Origin: Octopus vulgaris
Lineage: Eukaryota
Reading direction: 5' to 3'
Length of the DNA stretch: 64,000 bases
Assembly (NCBI GenBank): GCA_951406725.2
Contig: OX597825.1
Span: 18,476,001 to 18,540,000, forward strand
Shown here one piece after another: positions 1-13,140 of the stretch. Position numbers and translations under genes: made by a program. Under the pieces are notes generated by a model. The model ran no database searches, was not told the DNA's origin, and saw nothing but the letters and a program-made list of their open reading frames with translations. Numbering within the stretch: position 1 is the stretch's first letter; each line of letters opens with the position of its first letter.

Positions 1-112
1 TATATATTTCTGGAGAATTTAATGAACGGTGAGGTAACATTGCTAATGATGAGAGTTATAAGGGAAACTGGTTAGATAAACTGGTTGCTTCTGGTTGATT
101 AAAGTAAATAGG

Positions 113-640
113 TATCGCTCTGTAGTGAGAAGATTCTTTCCCAACCACATGGTGGCGTGTTCAGTCCCACTACATTGCACCGTGGGCAAATGTCTTCTAC
201 TTTCACCTTGGGTCAATCATTGTTTCGTGAGCGGATTTGGTAAGTGAAAACCCTACGGAAACCCACCATATATATATATGTGTATGTATGTATGTATGTA
301 ACAAGTATAGTGTTATTTGACGCTCAGGAAAGGAAAGAAAGAAGGAGGATTTAATGTTTCGAGCGGAGCTCTTCGTCAGAAACAAAAAAAAAGGAAAGGT
401 CCAAGGAAGGGAAGACGGAGAAAGAAAATGCCAACGATACACACGCGGTCACACACACACATATATATATATATAAATGCGTTTGGGACTGTCCATACCA
501 TTGCCTGTTAACCGGTATTGGTTTGCTTACGTCCTCGTAATTTGTTGGTTTGGCAAAAAGGGGACCGAGAGAATAAATACCAGATTAAATGTATAAGTAC
601 TGGGTTTGATTTATTCAACTAAACCCTTCAAAGCCGTCCA
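113..640 (+). mobile_element. tRNA-derived SINE family A, diverged copy interrupted by an HHR-bearing insert
   Basis: Head 'cccaaccacatggtggcgtgttcagtcccact...gggcaaatgtcttctact' and tail 'gcttacgtcctcgtaa...ggcaaaaaggggaccgagagaataa' match the younger copies at 25045 and 45011. Confidence 0.75.
300..455 (-). mobile_element. Penelope-type terminal-repeat remnant with minimal type I hammerhead motif (~349-383)
   Basis: Minus strand reads UUU-CUGACGA-A-GAGC-ucc-GCUC-GAAAC-AUU-AAA. Flanks resemble 8095-8260. Sits inside the internal microsatellite of a SINE A copy. Confidence 0.65.
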
Positions 641-778
641 ATACGTAATCCTATTAATAGATAACATATGACGAAATAAGACGACGAGCTGGAGTACCCT
701 TTAGCACGCCGGACGAAATTAGGGCTAAACATCATCGCTAACAACAACACGATAATTATAACCACTGAAGAAATATTT

Positions 779-955
779 ACTTAGTCGTTCGACCTGCTAG
801 AAATCTCAGCGAAATATTTCTCCAGTTGCATCTGATTTTCTTTAACAAAAAGGACACATTTAATATATTTAAAAAGGAGAGGTATGTCTCGGCTGAATTG
901 CTTTTGATCATTGGTTTTGCTCGACCTGGGCTGATGATGGACTAGTCAAGTGCAC
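779..955 (+). mobile_element. Old interspersed repeat family F (retroposon-like, usually ending ggggctaaacaacaac)
   Basis: Motifs 'gacctgctagaaat', 'aaaaaggaca', 'tttgatcat', 'ctgggct' recur at about 33860-34210, 46560-46765, 47625-47815, and inverted at 30185-30420 and 57580-57790. Confidence 0.5.
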
Positions 956-1294
956 CAAGTGAGTAATTAACAGCAGATTCAGTACAGTGTTGAATAACGT
1001 GACTTAATGAAGACCGTACCGCTGTTTTTGGTGATTATTTCCCAGTACTTGCCAAATCAATCAGCACGTGTACATTTCAAAGAAATGGTCAATATATTCA
1101 TACTTGTAGTATTGATTTTCTATAGATCGGACACTACTTTTCCTACTCACACCCACACACATACCCACTTACATACCTACAAACATATATACAAGTACAC
1201 ACACATAAACAGATACGTACACAGACACATACATATATAGATACACATATATCTCTCCAACCCACTCTCCTGTCTCCCCCATTCTTTCTCTGTA

Positions 1295-1718
<424 letters not shown>

Positions 1719-2407
1719 GGTTGTGGTGTAAGTAATTTCAACTTTCCTCCTGTATTTATCGATAGCAATCATAATCCAATATGAACATTTACAAAACAAA
1801 CTTAGCTTCGCCATTAATGATCAATAGTTATATCGTACTTTATACGCAATATTCAACTGAATTCAAATTGATTCATATGATCTCGTCTTTAAATTTGATA
1901 AGATATTTCTTGCTCAATACTTTACAAGATGTATATCTTGTTATATTTAATTTTTTCATGATATAATATTTTTTTTTCTTATCGTCCATGATAGGTAAGG
2001 TTTTTTTTTAAAATTTTTGTATATGAAGATGAAATCTAGTTTTATGTTTTCACAAATTTAATCTGACTGTCTGCATAAGTAAGACTTCATTCACACTGCA
2101 ACGGAATACATTATATAACTTAGTCGTATGAGAATTATATATATATATGTCACAAGATACCATATATTTGTGTATTTTCGGCGTATAATTCTCCAACATC
2201 ATTTGGTATTTGTACATTAATCCCATGTATTAATTAAGACAAAATTTTAAAAAGAGAAATCTTCTTTCATATACACGTTCGGTCTATTGAATCAACTCGT
2301 TGCATGATAAAGCCGTACTTTTGAGATTTACAGTATGTGACCTAATATCACATAAAAGAATATAATGTATAACACATTCATATTCAATAAATTCACATGA
2401 AATCAAC

Positions 2408-2800
2408 GTGTTGCAGTGTGGTTATGAAGCTTGCCTTATAGCTATGTTCTTTCAGGTTCAATCACAAAGTGCGTCACCTTCGGCAAGTGTCTGCTACTAC
2501 AGCCTTGGACCGACGAATGTCTTGTGAATGAATTTAGTTGACAGAAACTGTATGAAAAGACCATCGTAAATGTATATATACCTGTGTATGTTTGTGTTTC
2601 TTCTCGCTACCCTTTGACAACCTATGTACGTTTGTTTACGTTCTCGTTAGATTGCTCACTCTCGACGGGTTTCTATTCGTTTTAGTTTACCTGATCAACT
2701 TATAAAACTTTGACTGGACTGGGGCTATAGTTGAAAATACGCAGTGGTACTGAATCCAAAATCACGTGGTTGCAAAGCTAGCTTGTTAACCACAGTCCTA
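2408..2800. mobile_element. Two diverged SINE A fragments in inverted orientation (+ 2408-2650; - 2663-2800)
   Basis: 'gtgtggttatgaagcttgc...ggcaagtgtctgctactacagcc' followed by the reverse-complement head 'ggggctatagttgaaaatacgcagtggtactgaatcc...aaccacag'. Confidence 0.7.
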
Positions 2801-3077
2801 CTTGAGACTACGTTTGCTTCTATAGTATTTATCTTCCAAACAATTTCTCCTATTTCACATTTACACTTCGACTTGTTAACCATTTCAAACATCTATCAAT
2901 ATGACCGTTTTATACTCGTCTTTAAAACAATTTCTTGCTTTCAAAAGCTTTTCAAATATTTTTCGTTTTTTTCCCATTGTGGATTTTTGTCTTATTCAAA
3001 AATATAAAGTTTGTGGGATTTCGGATTTCATTTACAGGTTTCTAAATGATTCTGTTGAGAGCTCTGTTGAAATCACT

Positions 3078-3600
3078 GCCTACAAAGAGCAAAGACGTGG
3101 TATGAGCAAACCCCAGAAGGACTCACCGAGAATGAAGTTTGCAAGATTCTGTGAGATGCAAAGATTCAGTGCAATCACCTGACCAGACATCGGAACTGGA
3201 CATTATTGTGAATAATATAAAAGAAATGAACTTCCATGATAATCGACATAGCATATTCCAGTGACAACAGGATCAAAGAAAAAGAAGAATAACAACTGAA
3301 CTACTATAACGATTTGAAGTGGGAAATACGAAGGCTGTGGTGAACGAAGGGAATAGACATGATACCAAAAGTAAATAGCGCACTTGGATGTATCAGCACT
3401 CAGCTAACAACATGGCTCAAAAAGATTAGTGCAAATATAAAGTTAGAACACCTACAAAAATCAGCATTGTTTGGGACTGCAAGAATCCTTCGCAGGGTCC
3501 TTGTGGCAAGATAAATAAGCAAAAGTCACCTTAGTCTACTGGCTGTTGACAGCTGACGCTTTCCTTCGGTTCCGGCAAAAGAAGCTGTGAGTTCTCATCA
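3078..3600 (+). pseudogene. 3' fragment of an R4/Dong-clade non-LTR retrotransposon (restriction-like endonuclease domain plus 3' UTR), disrupted
   Basis: Translation with stops and frameshifts: TWYEQTPEGLTENEVCKIL*DAKIQ..DIIV..IIDIAY.SDNRIKEKEE..YNDLKWEIRRLW..SALG..LQKSALFGTARILRRVL*. This is the typical RLE C-terminus. Ends in TAA repeats. Confidence 0.85.
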
Positions 3601-3620
3601 AATAACAATGATAATAATAA

Positions 3621-3851
3621 TTATTTCTTTACTACCCACAATGGGCTAAACATAGAGGGAACAAACAAGGACAGACAAAGGGATTAAGCCGATTACATCG
3701 ACCCAGTGCGAAACTGGGACTTTATTTATCGACACCGCGAGGATGAAAGGCAAAGTTGACATCGGCGGAATTTGAACTCAGAACGTAACGACAGACGAAA
3801 TACCGCTAAGCATTTCGCCCGGCGCGCTAACGTTTCTGCCAGCTCTCCGCC

Positions 3852-3853
<2 letters not shown>
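3621..3853 (-). mobile_element. SINE family B (MetaSINE-like central domain), full length
   Basis: Reverse complement gives aggcggagagctggcagaaacgttagcg...gagttcaaattccgccga...gcctttcatcctcgcggtgtcgataaataaag...gtagtaaagaaata; followed by (TAA)n to 3927. Confidence 0.9.
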
Positions 3854-3928
<75 letters not shown>

Positions 3929-4737
3929 TCTATCATGAAAAATACCTTTCGATAAATGTGATATAAGATTTGAGCTATCAGTTAATCCTTCGATTATTTT
4001 GTTAATTTGTTTATGTTTCAGCGCTTACTTGGTTTCTGCGCTGTTTTTGCTGTCATTTCTTCCCTCTTGTATAACAAATTACTCGTTAGTCTAATTTGTT
4101 ATAGGAGAGGAGAAAATGACAGCCACATCTCAAATATTTCTGTCTACAAAAAAATACAAAAAAACACAAAAAAAAAAAAAAGAAACTGAAAAATACTTTC
4201 TTTCTCATGTCTTTCTTGATAAGCTGATTTCGAATATTTTATCACGTTTGCTTGCATATGATTGGTTGAATATCTTTCGTAGTTTTTATTTTTTTATTTT
4301 TTACCATTATTTCCTCTCATAAGTTTCCCGGGCACATTATCTGGCAAAAATATTAACACAAACGTTGACCAGCGTAATCTTTGAATGGAAAGTTGAAGGT
4401 ACATCGCATCAGACGTTATTGATTTGCAATAACGTTCTTTTCCATTTGGCAACATTTTAATAGCGATGTGTCTTTATCAGTGCCAGCCTCTTTGCGGACT
4501 ATCCATTTCAGGTAGCGGGGAAAACGGGAAGATCTCAAGTAAAGATCTGTTCTGAATAAGTCATTAGATGTTTCGTTCATTAGAATTTTCTTTTATCGCC
4601 AAGAACACTTGCATCTTATTTAGTGTTTACTTACGTCTGGAATGAAATGTCTGGAGAAACGGCAAAAAAAAAAAGAAAGAAAAAAAGATGAACACTTCAG
4701 TATTATGACGAAATAATCTTTCTCAGTATATTTTCGA

Positions 4738-5280
4738 TCATTTACTAGTTTCAATCACTGGAGCGTGGTCATGCTGTGGCACCGCTCTGAAGGGTTTTAG
4801 TTGAACAAGTAGACTCTGCAGCTTATTTTTTTTAAAGTCTGGTACTTATTATAACCGTTTAAATTGCCGATCCGCTTAGTTACGCACACATAAACAAACA
4901 AGCAATGTGTGAGGGAACAGACACAATCACTATACACACACATATAAATACACACACATATAAATACACACATACATATAAATACATACACACACGCACA
5001 CGCCACGAACATGCACACCCACAGATATACACACATATAAATACATGCATGCATACACACGTACATATAAACACACACCACACACACACACACACACAAA
5101 CACAAACACACACATATGTATGTGTATACACGAAGGGTTTCTTTCATATTCCGTCTGCCAAATCCATACTATAGCCTGGATTTATATTAGAACATACTTA
5201 CCCAAGGTGCCATCAATATTAGTGAACGTGAAACTATGGTTGTGAACCAAACTTCTTACCGCTCAGACGGGCTCGCGTCT
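4738..5280 (-). mobile_element. SINE family A, diverged
   Basis: Reverse-complement head 'cccaaggtgc...aaactatggttgtgaacc', internal (CA)n tract and 3' tail. Confidence 0.75.
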
Positions 5281-5679
5281 ATAGTAATATCTTTTTAAAA
5301 TGTCTCTACAGGTTCCATTTATTTAGAATTTTCATTTATTGAAGGACACATGCACCGAACTCATCTACCTATTTTAAATTTCACTTACGTCTGGAATTCA
5401 ATATCACAATAAATGTGAAAAATATACTGGCCTGGTTTATGACTAAATAATATTCGTCAGTATGTTCAACGTTATACAGTTTTTATTTTGAACAGATGTT
5501 GTCTTCATTAAGTAATCTCTATGTATATCAGATATGGAAATAAAATACTAAATTTATATGAGCGGCCATAAACATCACGTAAAATACATTTCTTAGTAAA
5601 AATGTGTCATCATTAAAATTTGTCTGCTATTTGATAACGGATTCTGGAAATGCAGGTGCTGACTTGTATTTGCGCTTCA

Positions 5680-6410
5680 GAAAAGGAAAGATTGGCAAAA
5701 ACGGCCAAAATTGATATCGTCAATGCCGTTTCCGTATCTGTCTTTATCTATGGTCACGAGTGTTGGGTAATGATTGTAAGAGTACGATAGCGAATACAAG
5801 CGGACGAAATGGGGGTTCTTACAAAAGATTGCTGGGGTAATATTCTTCGACAAGGTACGTAACTCGGAGTTCAGCGAATCTCATCAGGTCGAGCCGTTAC
5901 TTCTCCGCATCAAGAGATCACAAATATGGTAGTATGGACATGCGATTAGAATGTCGTAGGAAAGAATTGCAAGAAAGGTTTTCAAAACCGAGCCAATCGG
6001 TATAAGAGATAGCGTTAGATGGCGAAAAGCTTTGCGGTATTTCGTCTGCCGTTACGTTCTGAGTTCAAATTCCGCCGAGGTCGACTTTGCCTTTCATCCT
6101 TACGGGGTCGATAAATTAAGTACCAGTTACGCACTGGGGTCGATGTAATCGACTTAGTCCCTTTGTCTGTCCTTGTTTGTCCCCTCTATGTTTAGCCCCT
6201 TGTGGGTAGTAAAGAAATATATAAGATGTAGCATTAGATGGAGAATCAGATGGTTGGACAATATCCATAGTTTCCAGTTGGTCATGAATTGGGAATCCAA
6301 GCAAAAATTATAATGAGGGTTGCTTCTAATGGAACCTAATGTAGGAGGTGCCTGGGCAATCTATCCCAGGGACCCTCCTAGAAATAATGGGCAGAGGACA
6401 GGGATGGAGG
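5680..6410 (+). pseudogene. 3' fragment of an RTE-clade (Expander/Rex3-like) LINE, split by a SINE B insertion
   Basis: AKIDIVNAVSVSVFIYGHECWVM..RIQADEM.FLQKIAG...DKVRNSE....VEPLLLRIKRSQIW*YGHAIRM; resumes after the SINE as RIRWLDNIHS. Confidence 0.8.
6021..6219 (+). mobile_element. SINE family B, 5'-truncated, with ~22-bp target-site duplication
   Basis: Near-consensus body. Flanks tataagagatagcgttagatgg (6001-6022) and tataagatgtagcattagatgg (6220-6241) match at 19 of 22 positions. Confidence 0.9.
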
Positions 6411-6704
6411 ATAATTATACAACGAACAAAAAAAATAATAAAATAAAATTCCTTCCCCCTCGTAATATATTTTCAGCATATCTAACAAATGAAAATATAG
6501 TGTGGAATAAAGTTTAAATGGTAAAGATAAATGTTATGATTTTGTAAAGAAATCGCCCCTTTATTAGTCAAATCTTTTGACCTTTACTATAAATGTCTGA
6601 TTTACTTCTCATCCTAATTTCCTACTTCCTGCTGTGGACTTTGCAACAATACTGTAGTTAGGATGTAATAAATGGCTTAGGATTTGTTCTGGAAGCTTAT
6701 TTCA

Positions 6705-6781
<77 letters not shown>

Positions 6782-7262
6782 GTTTATCCGTCGGTCTATT
6801 ATCTATTAATCTGTCTGTATATATGTGTGCGTGTATGTGAATATCTGTTTATATGTATGTATCTTTGCATGTATACTTTGCATGTATGCATACTTATGCG
6901 TGTCTATCTGTGTGTGTACTTTTACGTTTTCAAAAAAAATCTAATTCCGATTTCCTCACTTTGCATAACCAGGAAATATTACCAAGCATTTCCGTGTGAA
7001 AATACTTCTACTACTAAAAGGAATAAATAAATAAATGAGAACCCTTCTCGATATAAATTCTTCTAAACGTATTTAGAATATCATTGACAATGGTACAGTC
7101 CTGCACTGCTTCCTGTTGCAACATCCTTGATTTGTGGAAGGCACTAGTATTGTAGAATTGAGAGCGTATATACGTTTGATTATAACCTCAAGCAATGGTA
7201 CACCCATTCAAATCATCCGCCGTTCCAAATAACATCTGTAGTAAGATTATTTGCATGTATAT

Positions 7263-7590
7263 CAGGCGTGGCTGTGTAGTAAGAAGCTTGCTTCGCAACC
7301 ACGTAGTTCCGGATTCAGTTCCACTGCGTGGAACCTTGTGCAAGTGTTTTCTACTATAGCCTCGGGCCGATCAAAGTTTGTGAGTGAACTTCGTACACGG
7401 AAATTGAAAGAATCCCGTCGTATATATAATATGTATGCATATATTTGTGTGTTTGTCACCACCGCTTGACAACCGATGTTTGTGTGTTTACGTCCCTATA
7501 ACTCATAATAAGTCCTGGGGTCGATTTGTTCAACTAAATGGTGTTGATCTAACATGGCCACAGTCAAAATGAGTGAAACGCTTAAAAGAA

Positions 7591-7672
<82 letters not shown>

Positions 7673-7842
7673 GTACGTATGTGTGTGAGTGTGCATGCGT
7701 ATGACGGGCTTCTTTGAGTTTCCATCTACCAAATCCAATCACAAATGTTTCGTTGTCCCGGTGTTATTGAAAAATACACTTGTTACAGTTCTTACGTTAT
7801 GGTACTGAATCTGGAACGATATGGTTAGGAAGCAATCTACCT
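7263..7842. mobile_element. Inverted pair of SINE A copies (+ 7263-7590; - 7701-7842)
   Basis: Head 'caggcgtggctgtgtagtaagaagcttgc', then the reverse-complement head 'gacgggcttctttgagtttccatctaccaaatcc...ggttaggaagc'. Confidence 0.85.
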
Positions 7843-7858
7843 ATTCATCTCTCTCTCT

Positions 7859-7910
<52 letters not shown>

Positions 7911-8000
7911 CTATCTATCTATCTGTCTGCTCTATCTATCTATCTATCTATCTGTCTGCTTGTCTATATATATGTCTGTCTGTGTGCATGTAAGTATGTA

Positions 8001-8057
<57 letters not shown>

Positions 8058-8094
8058 GTGTGTGTGTGTGTAATTATATACAAGTGTTGATGGA

Positions 8095-8260
8095 GATTTC
8101 TTACTCTTCTTTGGACATTCAGGTTCTCCTTTCCGACGCAGAGCTATGCTCGAAACATCAAAGACCCTCTCATTTCACGGAGCATCAAGCTAAAAGATTC
8201 CTTGTGCATATCTTCTTGTTGTCTTTTACTTTTAGTATTCGTTTAATTTGAATTAACTAT
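8095..8260 (+). mobile_element. Penelope-type remnant with degenerate hammerhead motif (8129-8163); same family as 300-455
   Basis: CUUU-CCGACGC-A-GAGC-uau-GCUC-GAAAC-AUC-AAAG; core mutated relative to CUGACGA...GUC. Confidence 0.55.
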
Positions 8261-8409
8261 CAGAATTTGTACCGGACTTTTGCAGATTCTTGGATTTTCT
8301 TTTTAAACATTTTCTTTTGCAATTGTCTGATTATAAAGACATAGACATGCCCAGATGTATCAATAAATTAACATTGATATTTTTCTCACCGTTGTTACAG
8401 TCATCTGAA

Positions 8410-9496
8410 ATGGAACTGTCAAAGCACGGTATTCGAGCAAGTGTGCTATTCAACTTCAAAACGGGACGTAAAACAGCTAACACTGCTCACGATATCAACG
8501 AAACGCTTGGTGAAGAAATGACTAGTGGATAGTCAGCTGGAAAAGGATTCAAACGATTTGGCAGTGGAGACCTGAGCTTAGAAGTTCGTGAGTGAAGTGG
8601 GCGCCCATCTCTCATTGATGACAGTCAATTAAAGACCGTCATTGAAAAAGTTCCACGTAAAACCACTCGAGAACTGGCAAAAGAACTTCACGTTAGCCAG
8701 AAAACTGCCTGCGACAATTTGCATGAGATCGGAAAGTCAAAAAATCTCCACATATGTGTACGACACGATTTGAATGAAAATCAGAAAATGCGCAGATATG
8801 AAATTTGCTCGTCGCGTCTTCTACGTAACCAGACCGATCCATTTCTCAACCGTACTGACTTGCGATGAAAAGTGAATTCTGTACAAGAATAAAAAAAACG
8901 TTCGCTGTGTTTGGATGAAAATGAAGCACCGGAAAACTTCCCTAAACTCGAGCTCTTCAAAAAGAAGGTTATAGTAACTGTTTAGTGGTGTACTGCTGAG
9001 CTTATCCACTATAACTTCTTAAAACCTAGAAAAACCATTACTGCAGAAATATATTACCACGAAATTGCCAAAATAAACGAAAAGCTGATACTCCTCAACA
9101 GAAGAGGGCCAATCATTCTTCATCACAATGCTCGAGCACACGTTTCACTAATGTTGCTCCAGAGGTTGAGGGTACATGGCTACGAAGTTCTTCCCCACCC
9201 AGCGTATTCCCCAGACCTAATCTCCTACCGGCTACCACTTTTTCAAGCAACTTCATGATTTCCTGCGTGAGTAAGAGTTCAAAAATCAAAGCGGAGCTGA
9301 AAGTCCGTTCAAAGAGTTCAACAGCTCCATAACTCCAGATTTTATGTTACCGATATAAACAAACTTGTAACTCGATGGCAAAAATGTGTTGATTGTAATG
9401 GTACTGACTCTGAGTAATAAAATTTCCGCATTGTTGAAATATATTGTGATGGATTTCATGTTTCAAAACGTTGCTTACTTTTTACTCAGCCTGATA
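8410..9496 (+). pseudogene. Tc1/mariner (mariner-type DD34D) transposase pseudogene with probable 3' terminal repeat
   Basis: MELSKHGIRASVLFNFKTGRK...FKRFGSGDLSLE..SGRPS...TTRELAKEL...TCDEK*ILY...HHNARAH...HPAYSPDL...YHFF...INKLVTRWQKCV. Multiple stops and frameshifts; ends 'ttactttttactcagcctgata'; no clear 5' TIR. Confidence 0.92.
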
Positions 9497-10019
9497 TATA
9501 TGTGTATGTGTGAACTAGGTTGAATATTTAGATCTGTTAATAATTGCAACTATCATTGTATATTAGTAATTAAGTCTTGAGCGAATAAAGTAACGGAAAG
9601 GATAATATACAAGCTTTACAAAATTAATAGATTAGGAAGTACAGTTTTAGTAAATTAATTTGTAGAGATTAAATGATTGAAATGAATGTATATTACGATG
9701 TTAGATAACCGAGTTTGTTTAGCTTCCGTGTATCGTTATGGCTTGGAGTATAACTTCATTGAAATTTTTTTTAAAAATGCAATGCTATCATACATATGAG
9801 ATAATTGGAAACTAATTATAGATTAACTGCAACGAAATTTCATTTCAGAATTAATACTGTAGATTACGAAAAGTGTTTGATTAAGCCATATAATAAATAA
9901 TTCAAGTGGTTAGTTTTAGTGAAAGTTGTAAAGTAAACGGAGATGGAATGCATGTTGATCAGAGAGTTGTGAAAGCTAAACAGGTTCTGGATTGTGTTAA
10001 TCTTGGTATGAGATTTTAG

Positions 10020-10420
10020 TACAAGGACAGCTACCTTGAAGGAATGGGAATTCGATTACATCGATACCAGTAATAAACTAGTTCTTAATCTATAGACACT
10101 GAAATGGATGAAAGCAAATTGAATTAAGGAGAATTTTAAATTGGAACGATTGAGCGGTAAACCGCGCTAAACAATTTGTCTGGCGCGGTAACTATTCTGG
10201 AAGTTCGTCACCTTGTAATAATTTTAGGAATTTGATGATGGTGAGCTGACAGAAACGTTAGCACACCAGACGTTCTAAGTTCAAATGCTATTAAGATAGG
10301 TTCCTATTTTCATCGCTTTCAGGTCGAAAAATAAAGTGCTACATACGTACAGGTGTCGATGATATTGACTAAGCCTTTTCCCAGCAGATTTCAAGCTTCG
10401 TGCCTAGAAGAGAAAGGATT
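10020..10420. mobile_element. Two old SINE B-like copies, head-to-head
   Basis: Minus copy ends 'ggaagttcgtcacctt'; plus copy starts 'tggtgagctgacagaaacgttagcacacc'. Confidence 0.6.
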
Positions 10421-10444
10421 AATTTTACTAGTGTAGGAATCATT

Positions 10445-10993
10445 AGGTGCACAACTGACTGTGTAGTAAGAAGTGTAGTAAGAATGTTTTTCCCATTCAC
10501 ATGGTTTTGGGTTCAGTCCCACTGCGTGGCACATTGGGCAAGTGTCTTGTACTATAGTCTTGGACCAACCAAACCTTGTGAGTGAATTTGTTAGACAAAC
10601 ACTGAAATAAGCCCCTCGTATATATTTATATCATAATCGGCTTGCTCGTCTGTCTATTATACTTCAGTTAGTTAGAAATTTAGTTAGTGAAAGATGGAGT
10701 AAGAGTAAGAGAGAGAGGGGGTTAGGGAGGTTTGAAGAAAGAAGGAGAGAAATGTGATTGATATTAATACACCATCATCGGTTGTCATGTGATGGTGGGG
10801 GTACAAACACAGACACATAAATACATATATTCATAAATATATATCCATCCACACATACATATATACATACGTCCACTCATAAAGCTTTGGTAGGCCCGAG
10901 GCTATAGTAGAAGACACTGGCCCAAGGTGCCACGCAGTGGGACTGAAACCGAAACCATGTGGCTGGGAAGCAGGCTTCTAACCATACTGCCAC
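10445..10993. mobile_element. Inverted pair of SINE A fragments (+ 10445-10620; - 10765-10993)
   Basis: 'gggttcagtcccactgcgtggcac' and its reverse complement 'gtgccacgcagtgggactgaaacc'. Confidence 0.85.
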
Positions 10994-11717
10994 ATACATA
11001 CATACATACGTACATACATACATACATACTTACATACATACATACATACGTACATGGATAAATTCGTACATACATATTAGCGTGTATTTGTATGCGTATG
11101 AGCTTGTGAACTGCTAATATCGTATATTAAAATCGTCCCCAATTTTTGTTTACAAGTAATAAATATTCACCAAAACTATATTACCCCTCATAAATTTAAT
11201 AATTATTTTTATGCTCTCAAATGTAAGATGAAATCAAATATAGACAAATTGCCCTCAAGTTATCAATGTCAGTGGCGTAATATCACACTTACGAAGAGAA
11301 AGTTGTTTGAAGGAAGACGATCCAAATATATATGAAAATCTAAATATTCCCTTGCCTGAAGCGGACGCATAGAGCAGATAGCTTTAAGTGTATATAATGA
11401 AGGAATTTCATGAAATGGACACGGAAATAATATCAAGATATTCGTAGCTTGTCAGAGTATCGTAGAACGATTTGCATTAGTGACATTCACTATCATTTTC
11501 ATCAGTAACATCTTAGCACCATTATAGTCTCATTCCAGCCGGGAAGATCAGTGCAATGTGCCCTGTAAGTTTTATTCACTAATAGGAAACCATAGCAGGC
11601 ATGGGTTTGGACTTGGTTTCCAAAGCCAGTGAAGACCCTGGAAAAATCACTGAACTGGATTCCATAGCATTTATTTCTTGGCTGCAGGGCACAGCATAAA
11701 TAGGCCAGAAGTAGGCC

Positions 11718-12463
11718 TCTAGGCCTCTCAGGCTATTGGGTAAATCCTATTTCATTTGTTTATTGACAGCTAGCCACAGTATACATAGATTAGAACTGGG
11801 TCTCATACCCTTGTGATGACCTAGGACAATTCAATGCACGAGATCTTATAGTATATATTAATCGACAGCAGGACACAGCATATATTAGAAAGGAAAAAAG
11901 TTGACTTCGCCAGGGATTGAGCCCAGAAAGTTGCGGTATTATTTTAGCAGGTGTTCGTTAAAACACTCGTGAATGGAAGAAAACTGAAAACGCTCTTTTA
12001 AAAACAAGGAAAAGAAAAAACAATTATGTGGAAGAATATAACATGGAATTGTAACTTCATGAATTTATAACAAACATCCACCATATCAACATCTAGGCCT
12101 CTCAGGCTATTGGGTAAATCCTATTTCATTTGTTTATTGACAGCTAGCCACAGTATACATAGATTAGAACTGGGTCTCATACCCTTGTGATGACCTAGGA
12201 CAATTCAATGCATGAGATCTTATAGTATATATTAATCGACAGCAGGACACAGCATATATTAGAAAGCAAAAAAGTTGACTTCGCCAGGGATTGAGCCCAG
12301 AAAGTTGCGGTATTATTTTAGCAGGTGTTCGTTAAAACACTCGTGAATGGAAGAAAACTGAAAACGCTCTTTTAAAAACAAGGAAAAAAAAAAACAATTA
12401 CGTGGAAGAATATAGCATGGAATTGTATCTTCATGAATTTATAACAACCATCCGCCATATCAA
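11718..12463. repeat. Near-identical 374-bp tandem duplication
   Basis: 11718-12089 is repeated at 12092-12463 with about 8 substitutions. Confidence 0.95.
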
Positions 12464-12643
12464 TATACAGACACACACACACACACACACATACACATAT
12501 ATAAATATATATATATATCTGTATCTACATTCATAAAGGCAGATATACGCATGTGTATGTATGTATGTATGTATGTATGTATGTATGAATGTATGTATGT
12601 ATGTATGTATGTATGTATGTATGTATGTATGTATGTATGTATG

Positions 12644-12674
<31 letters not shown>

Positions 12675-13140
12675 GCATGTATGTTTGTATGTTTGTGTGT
12701 GTGTATGTATGTACGTATCTGTATGAGTTATAGTGCTTTATCTTCTGTGTGTTTTTATGGTTGCGAATGGTACGGACACCTGTGATGGTGTTGAATGTCT
12801 TGGCTCCAGTCGCAACCAGGTGGGAAATTTCAACTTGAAAGCATAAACAAAAGAATGATATCTAAATGACAAACATTACATTAATTTTTACTTTTACTTT
12901 TTAATGCTTTATTATGGAGGAAGACTCTGTTCCTCTGACCCTCGCGTACACTGAGCGGCCGGCTATATTCATTCCATAACATTCCCGTTGGAGGTTTAAG
13001 AAAAAAAAAAAACAAGCGAAAAAAGAAACATAAAACAAGATGAAGAAAAACAGTTGCAGGAAGGGGATACTTACAAACACCATTTTAGGGAAATAAGTAC
13101 CGAACGTAGAGTAAAAAGAGTGGCCATGATAGTGAATATA

